A DNA stretch of 64,000 bases. Source: an uncultured Candidatus Saccharibacteria bacterium. Its GTDB lineage: Bacteria > Patescibacteriota > WWE3 > UBA101185 > 2-01-FULL-41-18. The translations under genes were made by a program, and so were the position numbers. Numbering within the stretch: position 1 is the first letter of the stretch; each line of letters opens with the position of its first letter. Shown in pieces: positions 44,329 to 54,793 of this stretch. Location of the stretch: contig CAZWQF010000005.1 in assembly GCA_964636285.1 (NCBI GenBank), positions 19,167 through 83,166 of the forward strand, read 5' to 3'. The notes under the pieces were generated by a model, which saw only the letters and a program-made list of their open reading frames with translations, was not told where the DNA came from and did no database searches.

Positions 44329-44796
44329 ATGATAAAAGAAAATAAAGTATATTTAACAAAGGATGGTCTTGTAGACCTTAAAAATGAATTAAAGCAACTC
44401 ACAGAAGTTGATAGACTTAGCATTGCTGAGAGGATCAAAACAGCAAGAGATATGGGGGATATCTCAGAAAACGCTGACTATGAAGCAGCAAGAGAAAAGC
44501 AGGCTTTTGTAGAGGGCAGAATAAGAGAAATTGACGATATTCTCAGTAGAGTTGAAATTATTGATGAAAACAAAAAAACCAACTCAGTAGGGGTTGGAGT
44601 AACTGTGAAAGTTCATGTTGATGGTGGAGAAGAAGAGTTCATGATAGTTGGCGCTCCTGAGGCCAACCCAATAGATAAAAAAATCTCACATGAATCTCCT
44701 CTTGGAAAAGCTCTACTTGGAAAAAAGATTGGAGACAAAGTCAAAGTTGAGGCTCCAATGGGCAATCTGACATACACAGTTCTTGGTATTAAATAA
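44329..44796 (+). CDS. greA: Transcription elongation factor GreA
   Basis: YLTKDG..LKNEL, GDISENADY with both acidic tip residues, ISHESPLGKALLGK; SD GGAGG. Confidence 0.95.
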   Translation: MIKENKVYLTKDGLVDLKNELKQLTEVDRLSIAERIKTARDMGDISENADYEAAREKQAFVEGRIREIDDILSRVEIIDENKKTNSVGVGVTVKVHVDGGEEEFMIVGAPEANPIDKKISHESPLGKALLGKKIGDKVKVEAPMGNLTYTVLGIK

Positions 44797-44829
44797 GTCC
44801 TAAATGTATAGGGTTTATAAAGGAGGTTT

Positions 44830-45306
44830 ATGTCTCAATCATTCCTGACAAAGCAGGGGTATACAAAGTTATCAGACGAGCTAAATCAGCTTGTTAACTT
44901 TGAGAGGAAAGCTCAAGCAGAGCGAATTCAGGAAGCCATTGCAGCGGGAGGCTTTGAAGACAACCTTGTGTATGAAACTGAGGTAGAGAAGCAAGTTCAG
45001 CTTGAACAAAGAATATTAGAGATTGAAGCGCTTTTAAAACACAGCTCACTAATTGATCAAAAAACATCATCTACAAATCCAGGCTTTGTTGCAATAGGAG
45101 CCAGCGTTGTTGTTGAAGTGGAAGGGGAAAAAGATCACTTCACAATAGTTGGTAGCTACGAGACTAATCCTCTCAAGGGCTTTATCTCTAATGAATCTCC
45201 TGTAGGGCAAGCGCTTATAGGTGCAAAAATTGGTGATGTTGTAGAGGTTTCAACGCCTGTTGTAAAATTGAAATACAAGGTGTTAGAAATCTCTTATGAA
45301 AAGTAA
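44830..45306 (+). CDS. GreA/GreB-family paralog with altered acidic tip
   Basis: FLTKQGY..L..EL, tip GGFEDNLVY, ISNESPVGQALIG; SD AAGGAGG. Confidence 0.88.
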   Translation: MSQSFLTKQGYTKLSDELNQLVNFERKAQAERIQEAIAAGGFEDNLVYETEVEKQVQLEQRILEIEALLKHSSLIDQKTSSTNPGFVAIGASVVVEVEGEKDHFTIVGSYETNPLKGFISNESPVGQALIGAKIGDVVEVSTPVVKLKYKVLEISYEK

Positions 45307-46663
45307 CTATTACATAGAATATCCTCTTCAAACTGAAAGGTTTTCTGAGAAAGATCTAAAGATTGTTCACATTTTAATGGAGGCTGGAAAAAAAATTGGC
45401 CAGCTTTTCTCTAGGCAGGTAGAGTTTGATAACTTGCCTGGTGCTTCTTTTTACCCAAAGGATGCAACAAAAGAGGAATTAGAGGAGGCTTCTAAAAAGA
45501 ATCCGCTCATCCTCAACTCTTTCACAGTAGTCAAGAGAGATGATAAAGGGGAGCTTTATGCAGTTCCTTATCACGAAGAGTATAAAGAGGAGTGTCTCTT
45601 CATAAGTGAAAGGCTCAGAGAAGCTGCAGAGCTTGTGACCAATGAAAGCTTCAGAAACTTTTTACTTGTTGCAGCAAGAGTTCATGTTGAAGGGGACTAT
45701 GACGCTCTTGAAAAAGCATGGGTAGGAATTGAAAACGACAGTTTTCTGCATTTAATGATAGGGCCATTTGGTTCATATGCGGATAGGCTCTTTAGCCTAA
45801 AAAAAGCATATAATTTCAACTTAACGTACACTGGAAGTGACACAACATTTAACCCCTCAAATTATGTGGATGTGGTTAGGAACATACTCCCCCCATTCGG
45901 TTCAAAAGCTAGGCAAGATGTACCTCCGGAAAAGATAAAAGTTAGAGTTGATAAGGTTGCTTGTATTGCTGGTAGAAATGCAGGACTTCCGGCAAGGGCA
46001 ACAAACTATCCAGAAGAGATTAAAAAAATACAAGAATATGGAATTAAAATTGTAATTTACACTGACAATATTCAGATTAGAGATGGTCAGATGCTTCTCC
46101 CACTTTTTAGAGACCTAATGGATAAAGAATTTCAAAAAACTTTTGATGACAACTTTATTATGGCAAATGCCACAAGGCTAGTTATGGCACACGAAATTAC
46201 AGAGGCTATTTTTCAGTACGAGGGCTCTTGGCAGAGGCTTAAAGGAATGTTTAATTTTGTGTTCGAGCTTCACTCGTCAATTGTTGGGATAAAAGCATGT
46301 GGTTATCAGGTTATTAAAGGTATTTTGTCACAAAAAGAACTTGAAGCAATTTTGTATACAATGCTCCTTAGAACTTTTTCGGATTACTTTGTTAGAAAAA
46401 AGACTCCCCAAGTTGAAAACTACTTGGCAGGCTACAGGGTTTTCTATAACTATTGTCTTGAGCACGGAGCAATTGTTTTGGTAAATGACGCAATCCTTCC
46501 AAACCCAAGCAAGATGTTTGTATGTGCAGATCAGCTTGCAAATGTAATTATGCATATCTTCTCAGAGGGAACCGAAAAAGAAGCAAAAGCTTTTTTTGAT
46601 AGGTATACATCCGAATTCATGTACGAGTACTTTTCTGATAAACTCTCTACATATGAGTTCTAA
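45296..46663 (+). CDS. Peptidase M49 (DPP III-like) homolog with degenerate metal site
   Basis: FYPKDATKEE, FTVVKRD..GELYAVPY.EEY, IGPF.SY.D.LF..K, NYP; HEITE where HExxH is expected. Confidence 0.65.
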   Translation: MKSNYYIEYPLQTERFSEKDLKIVHILMEAGKKIGQLFSRQVEFDNLPGASFYPKDATKEELEEASKKNPLILNSFTVVKRDDKGELYAVPYHEEYKEECLFISERLREAAELVTNESFRNFLLVAARVHVEGDYDALEKAWVGIENDSFLHLMIGPFGSYADRLFSLKKAYNFNLTYTGSDTTFNPSNYVDVVRNILPPFGSKARQDVPPEKIKVRVDKVACIAGRNAGLPARATNYPEEIKKIQEYGIKIVIYTDNIQIRDGQMLLPLFRDLMDKEFQKTFDDNFIMANATRLVMAHEITEAIFQYEGSWQRLKGMFNFVFELHSSIVGIKACGYQVIKGILSQKELEAILYTMLLRTFSDYFVRKKTPQVENYLAGYRVFYNYCLEHGAIVLVNDAILPNPSKMFVCADQLANVIMHIFSEGTEKEAKAFFDRYTSEFMYEYFSDKLSTYEF

Positions 46664-48128
46664 CGATCTTATTCAAGCTAGAATCGCAAAGTTGAACAAA
46701 CTTAAGGAGCTAGGGGTTAATCCCTTTCCATCCCTTTCGGTTAAAAAGGAGTATGTAAAGGATCTTGTTTCTATGGAAGAGGGCAAAGAGGTGCAGACCT
46801 GTGGAAGACTCATGTCTTACAGAGAGCATGGAAAGATTTCATTTGCCGATTTACACGATGAAACAGGGAGGATTCAGCTTGCATTTAGAAGAGATGTGAT
46901 TACACCTCAGGTTTATGATGAGTACTTAAAACTTCTTGATTTGGGTGACTTTGTTAGGGTTAAAGGAAAACTTTTTGTTACAAAAGCAGGGGAGAAAACA
47001 ATAGATACTGCTGAGATTGAGCTTCTCACAAAATCCTTAAGACCACTTCCTTCATCCTGGTACGGCCTGAAAGATGCAGAAGAGAGATTTAGACAAAGAT
47101 ACGTTGATTTTAATTTGGAGCCTGATTTAAGAGAGATGTTTAAGAAAAAAACAATTTTCTGGGCAACTATTAGAAACTTTATGATATCCAAAGGTTTTCT
47201 TGAGGTTGAAACTCCAGTTTTAGAAAATACAGCAGGAGGAGCTGACGCAAATCCATTTGTAACTCACCACAACGCTCTTGATATTGATGTTTATTTAAGA
47301 ATTTCTATGGGAGAACTTTGGCAAAAAAGACTCATGGTAGCAGGCTTTGAAAGAACCTTTGAGATAGGAAGGCAGTTTAGAAATGAAGGAATTTCAAGGG
47401 AACACCTTCAAGACTACACACAAATGGAGTTTTACTGGGCATATGCAAACTATGAGGATTCCATGGCTCTGGTTGAGGAGATGTACAAGAAGGTAGCTTT
47501 TGATGCTTTTGGTACATACGAATTTGAAATTAATGGGCATAAGGTTGACATGAACAAAAAGTGGGACAGATTAAGCTATGCAAAAGCTATAAAAGAAGCC
47601 CATGGGATAGACATTGATTTAGCATCTGATGATGATCTTAAAGCAAAGCTCAAGAGCTTAAAGATTCCTTTTGAGAAAAATGACGAAAAAGGAAGATTGA
47701 TAGATCTACTTTGGAAAGAGGTTAGAAAAGGTGTTTCCGGCCCTGTGTTTTTGGTGGACCACCCTGTAGAGGTATCGCCTTTAGCAAAAAGAAAAAAGGA
47801 CAATCCGAATTTGGTAGAAAGGTACCAGATAATTCTTGCAGGAAGCGAGATGGGAAATGGGTACTCCGAGCTGAATGACCCTATAGATCAGGCGCAAAGG
47901 TTTAAGAAGCAGCAGGACATGAGGGATAGTGGTGACGATGAAGCTCAGATGTATGATAGGGATTTTGTTAGGGCGCTTGAGTATGGCATGCCGCCAGTAA
48001 CAGGTTTTGGAGTCAGCGAGAGGCTGTTCTCGTTTTTAGCAAATAAATCGGTTAGGGAATGCGTGATGTTTCCTCTTCTAAGGCCTGAAGAGCAGGTAGA
48101 AAACATTGACGAATCCTTGTACTCTTAA
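46653..48128 (+). CDS. lysS: Lysine--tRNA ligase (class II)
   Basis: GFLEVETP, GGADANPF.THHN, FRNEG, GNGYSELNDP, YGMPPVTGFG. Start at ATG 46653. Confidence 0.97.
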   Translation: MSSNDLIQARIAKLNKLKELGVNPFPSLSVKKEYVKDLVSMEEGKEVQTCGRLMSYREHGKISFADLHDETGRIQLAFRRDVITPQVYDEYLKLLDLGDFVRVKGKLFVTKAGEKTIDTAEIELLTKSLRPLPSSWYGLKDAEERFRQRYVDFNLEPDLREMFKKKTIFWATIRNFMISKGFLEVETPVLENTAGGADANPFVTHHNALDIDVYLRISMGELWQKRLMVAGFERTFEIGRQFRNEGISREHLQDYTQMEFYWAYANYEDSMALVEEMYKKVAFDAFGTYEFEINGHKVDMNKKWDRLSYAKAIKEAHGIDIDLASDDDLKAKLKSLKIPFEKNDEKGRLIDLLWKEVRKGVSGPVFLVDHPVEVSPLAKRKKDNPNLVERYQIILAGSEMGNGYSELNDPIDQAQRFKKQQDMRDSGDDEAQMYDRDFVRALEYGMPPVTGFGVSERLFSFLANKSVRECVMFPLLRPEEQVENIDESLYS

Positions 48129-48131
48129 TTT

Positions 48132-48737
48132 ATGTCTGACAATATTCCACATCAAATTGCTTTGGATTTACTCCATAAAAACATGCAGTCAGTGAATCTT
48201 AGAAGGCATTGCTATGCCGTGTCAGTAGTAATGAGAGCTCTTTTTAGGCATTTTAAGAGTCTTGGAGTTACAGATTCTTCGGTTGTTAACCTATCCGAAG
48301 AGGACTGGGGAGTGGTTGGGCTTTTGCATGACGCTGACTATGAAAATACAAAGGATTCTATAGATCAGCATACTGTGGTGCTTCTAGATTGGCTAAAAGA
48401 CTACAACCTGCACGAACACATTACCGACGCTTTTAAATCCCATAATACTAGAAATACAAATTTGAAGGCGCCTGTTACATACCTTGATTGGTCCCTTGAG
48501 TGTTGCGATGAGCTAACAGGTTTTATTGTTGCATGTGCGCTTGTTCAACCTGACAAAAAGCTTGCCTCTGTTGGAATTGATTCTGTAAAGAAAAAATGGA
48601 AGACAAAAGAGTTTGCTAAAAACGTGGAGAGGGAACAGATTGCTCAATGCCAAGAAAAGCTTGGAATAGAACTTGATTCGTTTATTCTAATTGCTTTAAA
48701 TAGCATGCAAGAAGCAAGTGCAGAATTAGGATTGTAG
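48132..48737 (+). CDS. HD/HDIG domain phosphohydrolase
   Basis: LRRHC, GLLHDADYE, DELTGFIVACALVQP. Confidence 0.88.
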   Translation: MSDNIPHQIALDLLHKNMQSVNLRRHCYAVSVVMRALFRHFKSLGVTDSSVVNLSEEDWGVVGLLHDADYENTKDSIDQHTVVLLDWLKDYNLHEHITDAFKSHNTRNTNLKAPVTYLDWSLECCDELTGFIVACALVQPDKKLASVGIDSVKKKWKTKEFAKNVEREQIAQCQEKLGIELDSFILIALNSMQEASAELGL

Positions 48738-49268
48738 TCTTTTTGCAGTAACTACAAGTCTCTTTGAGTCCATAAATCCAGAACAGGTTATTATTGTTAG
48801 TCTTTCTGCGTTTCCAGTTCCTGTAAGAACATGTGTCTCGTTTGGGTATACTTCATACGTTCCTGTCACAACATACCCTTTTTCCTGAGAAGCCAAGGTT
48901 TTAACAGATATTTTATCTCCCTTTTTTACCTTTTTTAGGTCACCAAGCATATTCGGCCAGTTATGACCAAATATAACTAGGTTATTATTTATATCTGTTG
49001 CTGTAAGTTTATTATCAAATGTTTGCTGAAGTTTTGTTTTAAGCTCTATGTCCTGAAGTGATATATCTTGAACAGGGAGTGTTTTTCTGAGTGAATCAAA
49101 ATTAATAAAATTCACAGTGTCTTCTTGGCCATTTTGGCTAGGCATTGAGTGCTCCACGATGTTTTCTTGAAGAATCACGGGGCTATACCTTTTTTGTATT
49201 TCTATTGTACCGAATGAGAAAGATATAAAGGAAACTGTTGTAGCAAGAAATATTATGAACTTTTGCAT
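48726..49268 (-). CDS. Sortase
   Basis: N-terminal anchor; VIFGHN, KKGDKI, LTIITC, KRLVV (His-Cys-Arg triad). Confidence 0.88.
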   Translation of the reverse strand: MQKFIIFLATTVSFISFSFGTIEIQKRYSPVILQENIVEHSMPSQNGQEDTVNFINFDSLRKTLPVQDISLQDIELKTKLQQTFDNKLTATDINNNLVIFGHNWPNMLGDLKKVKKGDKISVKTLASQEKGYVVTGTYEVYPNETHVLTGTGNAERLTIITCSGFMDSKRLVVTAKRLQS

Positions 49269-49272
49269 TTAA

Positions 49273-49941
49273 TTACTTACTTTTACCAAATTTCAGCGTG
49301 AAGACTGCAAGTCCAAGAGAGGCTGTGCCTAGAATAAAAAAGCCAGCAATGTAAGGCTCGTTGCCTGTGAATGGTAGGTACATAAGACCTAAAACATCAC
49401 CTGAAACTTTGGTTTTTGGGGCGTCATGTTTGTCATTTGGATCATCTTTACTATCTCTGTCTTTTGGGTCCTCCGGCCCACCAGTACCTTTACAAGCGTA
49501 TGGGGTGTTTTTTGCAAGGTAGGCTCCTTCATTTAGACCCCATGCTTTTCCGTTTGGAATGTAAACCCAACCCATCTTAATCAACGTCTCAATCTCGGAT
49601 TCACTCATGTCGTCTGCTTGCCACCAGTTTGTCTGAACTCCTTCGCTGCCCTTATCAGGACAGTAACATTGAACTAAAGTTGAGTTTGAGAGAATGTTTA
49701 CTTGATCTGTGCCGTAATATTCTTTTGAATCCCCAGGTATGCCGTGCTTTCCATTGTAGTGAACCACCTTAATTTGACCTTGCGCATCCAAACAGCTTGG
49801 GTACGTAGGTTCGTCTGGTGTATCGATTATTAATTCGTTGATGTTTGCAGCATTTGCCGCTCTATTTGAAATAAGAGTTGTGCCTGATAAAAATACAGTT
49901 GTAAGCACCAAAAGTGCCAAAATATACGCGTGCCTGCCCAT
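49273..49941 (-). CDS. Secreted protein with C-terminal LPxTG sorting signal
   Basis: Signal peptide; four Cys; LPFTG followed by a hydrophobic helix and KFGKSK basic tail. Confidence 0.82.
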   Translation of the reverse strand: MGRHAYILALLVLTTVFLSGTTLISNRAANAANINELIIDTPDEPTYPSCLDAQGQIKVVHYNGKHGIPGDSKEYYGTDQVNILSNSTLVQCYCPDKGSEGVQTNWWQADDMSESEIETLIKMGWVYIPNGKAWGLNEGAYLAKNTPYACKGTGGPEDPKDRDSKDDPNDKHDAPKTKVSGDVLGLMYLPFTGNEPYIAGFFILGTASLGLAVFTLKFGKSK

Positions 49942-50107
49942 AGACTATAGGCAGGAATTTGTTTCTAAGGCCTGAATATAGCACTGTAATGAAATGAGTG
50001 CAAATGCGATAACAAGTGGGTAGTTGCAGTATCAAATTTTATTGTTATAATCCTATAACTTGCATTCATAGGGCTTGTATTCACTGTGTTCTACCCATTT
50101 AACACAT

Positions 50108-53100
50108 ATGAGGAAGTTAGACATTATCGTTCCTATAAGGAACGAAGAGAAAAATATTATTGACCTTGTTTCCCAAATTAACGAAAGTTTTAAAGGCCTC
50201 AGTGTGGATTATAGAGTGCTCTTTGTTGATGATCACTCAACCGACAGATCAAAGGAGCTTATTCTTGAGCTTTCTGAGGAAAATCCAATCGTTTATTTGG
50301 CTAAAGAGGGCAAAAGGGGAAAAGCCTATTCAATTTTAGAAGCTGTGCAGTTTTCGGACAGGGAGTTTTTTGCATTTATTGATGGCGATCTTCAGTACCC
50401 ACCTTCGTTTATCCCAAAGATGCTTGAAATTTGCGAGGAACCAGGGGTTGGAGTTGTTGTTGCGAACAGAAAAGAATATAAAACCGAATTGATAAGGAAA
50501 ATTGGGTCTAGGGTAAACGCATTATTTTTTGGAAAATATTTACTCGGGCTAGATTGTGATGTTCAATCAGGCTTAAAAGTTTTTAGACGAGAGGCTGCCG
50601 ATCATATAGACCACAAATTTGTGCAGCCCTGGACTATTGACATGCCTTTACTCTCTGCTGCAAAAGGTCTTGGTTACGGAATTAGAACAGTAGACATTAC
50701 TTTTGAAGAAAGAATAGAAGGTCAATCAAAAGTGAACTTTATTAAAACGGGAACTTCAATTGCCTCCTGTGCTGTAGGCCTTAAATTTTTTGGGAAAAAG
50801 ATATTTTTACTTCCAGGCAAGGACGGCGAGGCACTTGGAGCTGGAGTGGCCTTCAAAAACAAAAGATACGTAACACATTCTTCGCTTTCCCATCATGTGT
50901 CTGCACTTGAAACAACAAGATTTTGGCAAAAGATAGCTGTTCTTGGTTTGTTTTGTACTGTACTGCTGGGTATGTATACAGCCCCTTATTCTACTGCAGT
51001 ATCAATAACAGCAATACTTAGCTCTATATATTTTATTGACGTGCTATTCAACTTGTTTGTAATGATGAAAAGTCTTCATTTTCCGCCAGAGCTTTCATTC
51101 TCAAATGAACAAATTTCTCAAATTGATGATTCAAAGCTCCCTATGTATTCAATTTTGTGCCCCCTATATAAAGAAGCAAACGTTCTGCCTCACTTTGTAG
51201 AAAATATAAATTTACTTGACTGGCCCAAAGAAAAACTAGATGTGATGCTTCTTTTAGAGGAAGACGATACAGAAACAATTCAGACAGCAAAAGATCTTGG
51301 ACTTCCAGATTATTTTAGAGTGCTTGTTGTACCACATTCATTCCCAAAGACTAAGCCTAAGGCCTGTAACTATGGCCTTCAGCATGCAAAAGGGGACTTC
51401 TTGGTAATTTACGATGCTGAAGATAAGCCTGAAGTGTCTCAACTTAAAAAGGCTTATCTTGGTTTTGAGAAACACGGAGGTAATAGCAGAATTGCTTGTT
51501 TACAAGCTAAGCTTAATTATTATAATCCTCATCACAATATTCTTACAAGACTTTTTACCGCAGAGTATTCTTTATGGTTTGACGTTGTTTTGCCAGGATT
51601 TCAGTCTATTGGTACTGCAATACCTTTGGGCGGGACTTCTAATCACTTTAGAACCCATGTTCTTAGAGATTTAAAGGGTTGGGATGCGTTTAATGTAACC
51701 GAAGATGCGGACCTTGGTATGAGGTTATTTAGGGAGAGGTACAAAACGGCAGTTATTGACTCTACCACTTTGGAAGAACCTAACAGCAATGTCAAAAACT
51801 GGATCAGACAGAGGTCGAGATGGATTAAGGGTTATATGCAAACCTACCTTGTTCATATGAGAAATCCAATCGAGCTGATTTCTAGATACGGGCTGCATGC
51901 GTTTATTTTCCAGCTTGTCATTGGAGCAAGAATGTATTTTATGTTACTTAACCCCATACTTTGGGTCACAACTGTTTCTTATTTTGCGTTATATAAAATT
52001 GTAGGTCCAACTATTGAGTCCCTCTTCCCTCCAGTTGTTTTTTACATGGCAGCATTTTCCCTACTTGTTGGTAACTTTCTTGCTTTTTATAGCTATATGA
52101 TCGGATGTGCAAAGAGAGGGCATTGGACATTGATCAAATATGTGTTTTTAGTACCTTTTTACTGGATTTTAGTTAGTGTTAGCGCTGTGATGGCCTTTCA
52201 TCAGTTATTGTTTAAACCTCACTATTGGGAAAAAACGAATCACGGCCTGCATCTAAAAAAGAAAAAGAATTCTAATGATGAAACTATTGACGTGCTTGAG
52301 GTTGCTGTCTCAGCTAAAGTAGCAAACTGTGATTTACCTCTAGCTCAGGAAAATTCGCATCCAGTATTTAAAAAAATGAAAAGTTTTTTTTCCTCAAAAG
52401 GTGCTGCATCAATTCTATTTATAGCAAGTTTTGCTTCGAGCGCAGCTAATTACATTTTTAATTTATACCTAGCTAGAAGAATTTCTATAGAGGCGTTTGG
52501 TATTTTGGGGCTACTTGGAAGCATGTATTTAGTCTTCAACATTTTATGGGATTCTGTTGTAAGGCTGGTTACTACTGCTGAAGGGTTAAGAGCAGGAAAA
52601 GATGGTCCGGACGTTGCATATAGAGACTATTTAAAAAGAATATTCTTTGTAGTGGGTCTTATTGTATCTGTTGCTTGGTTTTTATTGTCTCCATTTTTAG
52701 CAAGTGTTTTTCAATCAGATTCAGTATTACCTATTTATGGTTTTAGCCCCATTTGGGTTTTAGGTTTGATATATGCAGTTGATTATGGATTTCTTAATGG
52801 AAATCTAAAATTTATTCAAATTGGTATCATTATTTTAGTTGAAGCAGTTGTTAAATTATTGAGTGCTGTGCTTTTTATAGAAACCAAAAATCCACAGTAT
52901 GTATATCTTTCTATACCACTTTCATCTATTGCTGCTTTTGCTAGTGCTTATATATTTTCGAGTCTCTTTTCAGAAAAAAATAAGGTTAATACTGTCGCTG
53001 ACATTCGATTCAAATTTCCATTTAGACTTTTTCTTACTTCCTTGTTAGTAAAATTTTCCACACTTTCTTATTTTAGTTTGGATATTATTATTGCAAAACT

Positions 53101-54793
53101 AATTTTAAGTCCTGTAGATTCTGGAAAGTATGCGTTAGTTTCTGTTATTGGAAAGATGATTTACTTTACCTCAGGTCTATTTTCGCAGTTTTTAGTTCCT
53201 TATGTCAGTAATGCTATTGGTAAAGGGAAAGAGGGGTTCAGATCATTCGCTACTGTTAGTTTGCTTTCCGGGATAAGTGGTTTTGTGGTCTACCTTATTC
53301 TTGGTTTATTTGGACATATAACTGCACCATTCTTATTGGGCTCATCAGTCTCTGGGGTTTTAGGCCACTTAGCTATTGCTGGTCTTGGTATTTTTTGCTT
53401 TTCTGTAGCATCCAATATTATTAGCTATTATCAAATTAAAGGTAAGGATCTTTTTGTATTTTTAAGTTTTATTCTATCAATTTTACAGATAGTTATACTC
53501 GTTGTCGTAGATCACAGACTTGAAACATTCATTAGATTTAATGCATATATAGGAATTGCAAATCTTGCAATGGTAATCCTAATTGTTTTATTTAATGAGT
53601 ACCTTCCTTCATTTATCAGTAATACAAGGGATTTGTTTGATCTATTTTCAAAGCTGAACGGGCAGGAAGCCTATTCCAAAGCTAATTTTAGAACATTAAT
53701 TTTTAACTGGAGAGATGTCAAACATACCTGGGCTGGTGGTGCGGAGGTTTATATTCACGAAATCGCAAAACGAATGGCAAAAAAACGAAACTTTGTTTTA
53801 GTCTTTTGCGGGAATGATGGTAAATCCAAAAGATATGAAGTTTTGGATGGTGTTCATATTGTGAGAAGAGGTGGGTTTTATACAGTTTATATTTGGGCAT
53901 TTTTGTATTACTTAGTTAAGTTTAGGGGTAAGTTTGATGTGGTTATAGACTCTGAAAACGGAATACCTTTTTTTACTCCCATTTACGTTAAAGAAAGGGT
54001 TATTGGTCTAATTCATCACGTTCATCAGGATTTCTTTAAAAATCATATTGTTCATCCACTTGCTCCAGTTGCAAGGGTACTTGAGGGTAAAATAATGCCA
54101 TTAATTTATAAAAATTGTTCTATGATCACTGTTTCGGGATCGTCACTAGATGCAATGGGGAAAATAGGGTTTACAGACAAGGGTAAGATTTCTATTGTTT
54201 CTCCAGGAGTGAAAATACTTAGAAAAGATAAAAATTCACAAAAATCTCCAAATCCTTCTATCTTGTATTTAGGAAGGTTAAAAGCTTATAAGTCTATTGA
54301 TGTTGCAATAAAAGCATTTGCAGATTTAGTGAATTCATTTCCTGACGCATTGTTAACAATAGCGGGTGAGGGGGATAATAGGGAAGAGTTGGAGAAAATT
54401 GCTCTTTCCCTTGGAATAGGTGATAAGGTTATATTTAAAGGCAAGGTGTCAGAAGAGGAGAAGGATAAACTTTTGAGAGAATCTTGGGTAATGGTCCAAC
54501 CTTCAAGCAATGAGGGTTGGGGAATTACTGTGATTGAAGCAAATTCGTTTGGAACACCCGTGGTAGCTTCAAATGTACCAGGGCTTAGAGACTCAATAAT
54601 GAATCCACATACAGGTTTTCTGGTTGAATACGGGAATTCTGCTGCATTTTCGGAAGCTATTTCTAGGTTATTTTCAAATAAAGAGCTAAGAAATGAGATG
54701 GAGGCAAACTGCTTAGTTTGGGCTGAATCACATACTTGGGACGAGTCGGCTAAAAAATTTGAATTTGCCACTAAGGAGCAGTATGGAAAATAA
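50108..54793 (+). CDS. Fusion: DPM1-like GT2, processive-type GT2, Wzx/MATE-like flippase, GT4
   Basis: IIVPIRNE/VDDHSTD/DGDLQYPP; KPKACNYG, YDAED, TEDADLG, QRSRW; ~12-TM block; WAGGAE and EGWGITVIEA. Start at ATG 50108 preferred. Confidence 0.88.
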   Translation: MRKLDIIVPIRNEEKNIIDLVSQINESFKGLSVDYRVLFVDDHSTDRSKELILELSEENPIVYLAKEGKRGKAYSILEAVQFSDREFFAFIDGDLQYPPSFIPKMLEICEEPGVGVVVANRKEYKTELIRKIGSRVNALFFGKYLLGLDCDVQSGLKVFRREAADHIDHKFVQPWTIDMPLLSAAKGLGYGIRTVDITFEERIEGQSKVNFIKTGTSIASCAVGLKFFGKKIFLLPGKDGEALGAGVAFKNKRYVTHSSLSHHVSALETTRFWQKIAVLGLFCTVLLGMYTAPYSTAVSITAILSSIYFIDVLFNLFVMMKSLHFPPELSFSNEQISQIDDSKLPMYSILCPLYKEANVLPHFVENINLLDWPKEKLDVMLLLEEDDTETIQTAKDLGLPDYFRVLVVPHSFPKTKPKACNYGLQHAKGDFLVIYDAEDKPEVSQLKKAYLGFEKHGGNSRIACLQAKLNYYNPHHNILTRLFTAEYSLWFDVVLPGFQSIGTAIPLGGTSNHFRTHVLRDLKGWDAFNVTEDADLGMRLFRERYKTAVIDSTTLEEPNSNVKNWIRQRSRWIKGYMQTYLVHMRNPIELISRYGLHAFIFQLVIGARMYFMLLNPILWVTTVSYFALYKIVGPTIESLFPPVVFYMAAFSLLVGNFLAFYSYMIGCAKRGHWTLIKYVFLVPFYWILVSVSAVMAFHQLLFKPHYWEKTNHGLHLKKKKNSNDETIDVLEVAVSAKVANCDLPLAQENSHPVFKKMKSFFSSKGAASILFIASFASSAANYIFNLYLARRISIEAFGILGLLGSMYLVFNILWDSVVRLVTTAEGLRAGKDGPDVAYRDYLKRIFFVVGLIVSVAWFLLSPFLASVFQSDSVLPIYGFSPIWVLGLIYAVDYGFLNGNLKFIQIGIIILVEAVVKLLSAVLFIETKNPQYVYLSIPLSSIAAFASAYIFSSLFSEKNKVNTVADIRFKFPFRLFLTSLLVKFSTLSYFSLDIIIAKLILSPVDSGKYALVSVIGKMIYFTSGLFSQFLVPYVSNAIGKGKEGFRSFATVSLLSGISGFVVYLILGLFGHITAPFLLGSSVSGVLGHLAIAGLGIFCFSVASNIISYYQIKGKDLFVFLSFILSILQIVILVVVDHRLETFIRFNAYIGIANLAMVILIVLFNEYLPSFISNTRDLFDLFSKLNGQEAYSKANFRTLIFNWRDVKHTWAGGAEVYIHEIAKRMAKKRNFVLVFCGNDGKSKRYEVLDGVHIVRRGGFYTVYIWAFLYYLVKFRGKFDVVIDSENGIPFFTPIYVKERVIGLIHHVHQDFFKNHIVHPLAPVARVLEGKIMPLIYKNCSMITVSGSSLDAMGKIGFTDKGKISIVSPGVKILRKDKNSQKSPNPSILYLGRLKAYKSIDVAIKAFADLVNSFPDALLTIAGEGDNREELEKIALSLGIGDKVIFKGKVSEEEKDKLLRESWVMVQPSSNEGWGITVIEANSFGTPVVASNVPGLRDSIMNPHTGFLVEYGNSAAFSEAISRLFSNKELRNEMEANCLVWAESHTWDESAKKFEFATKEQYGK

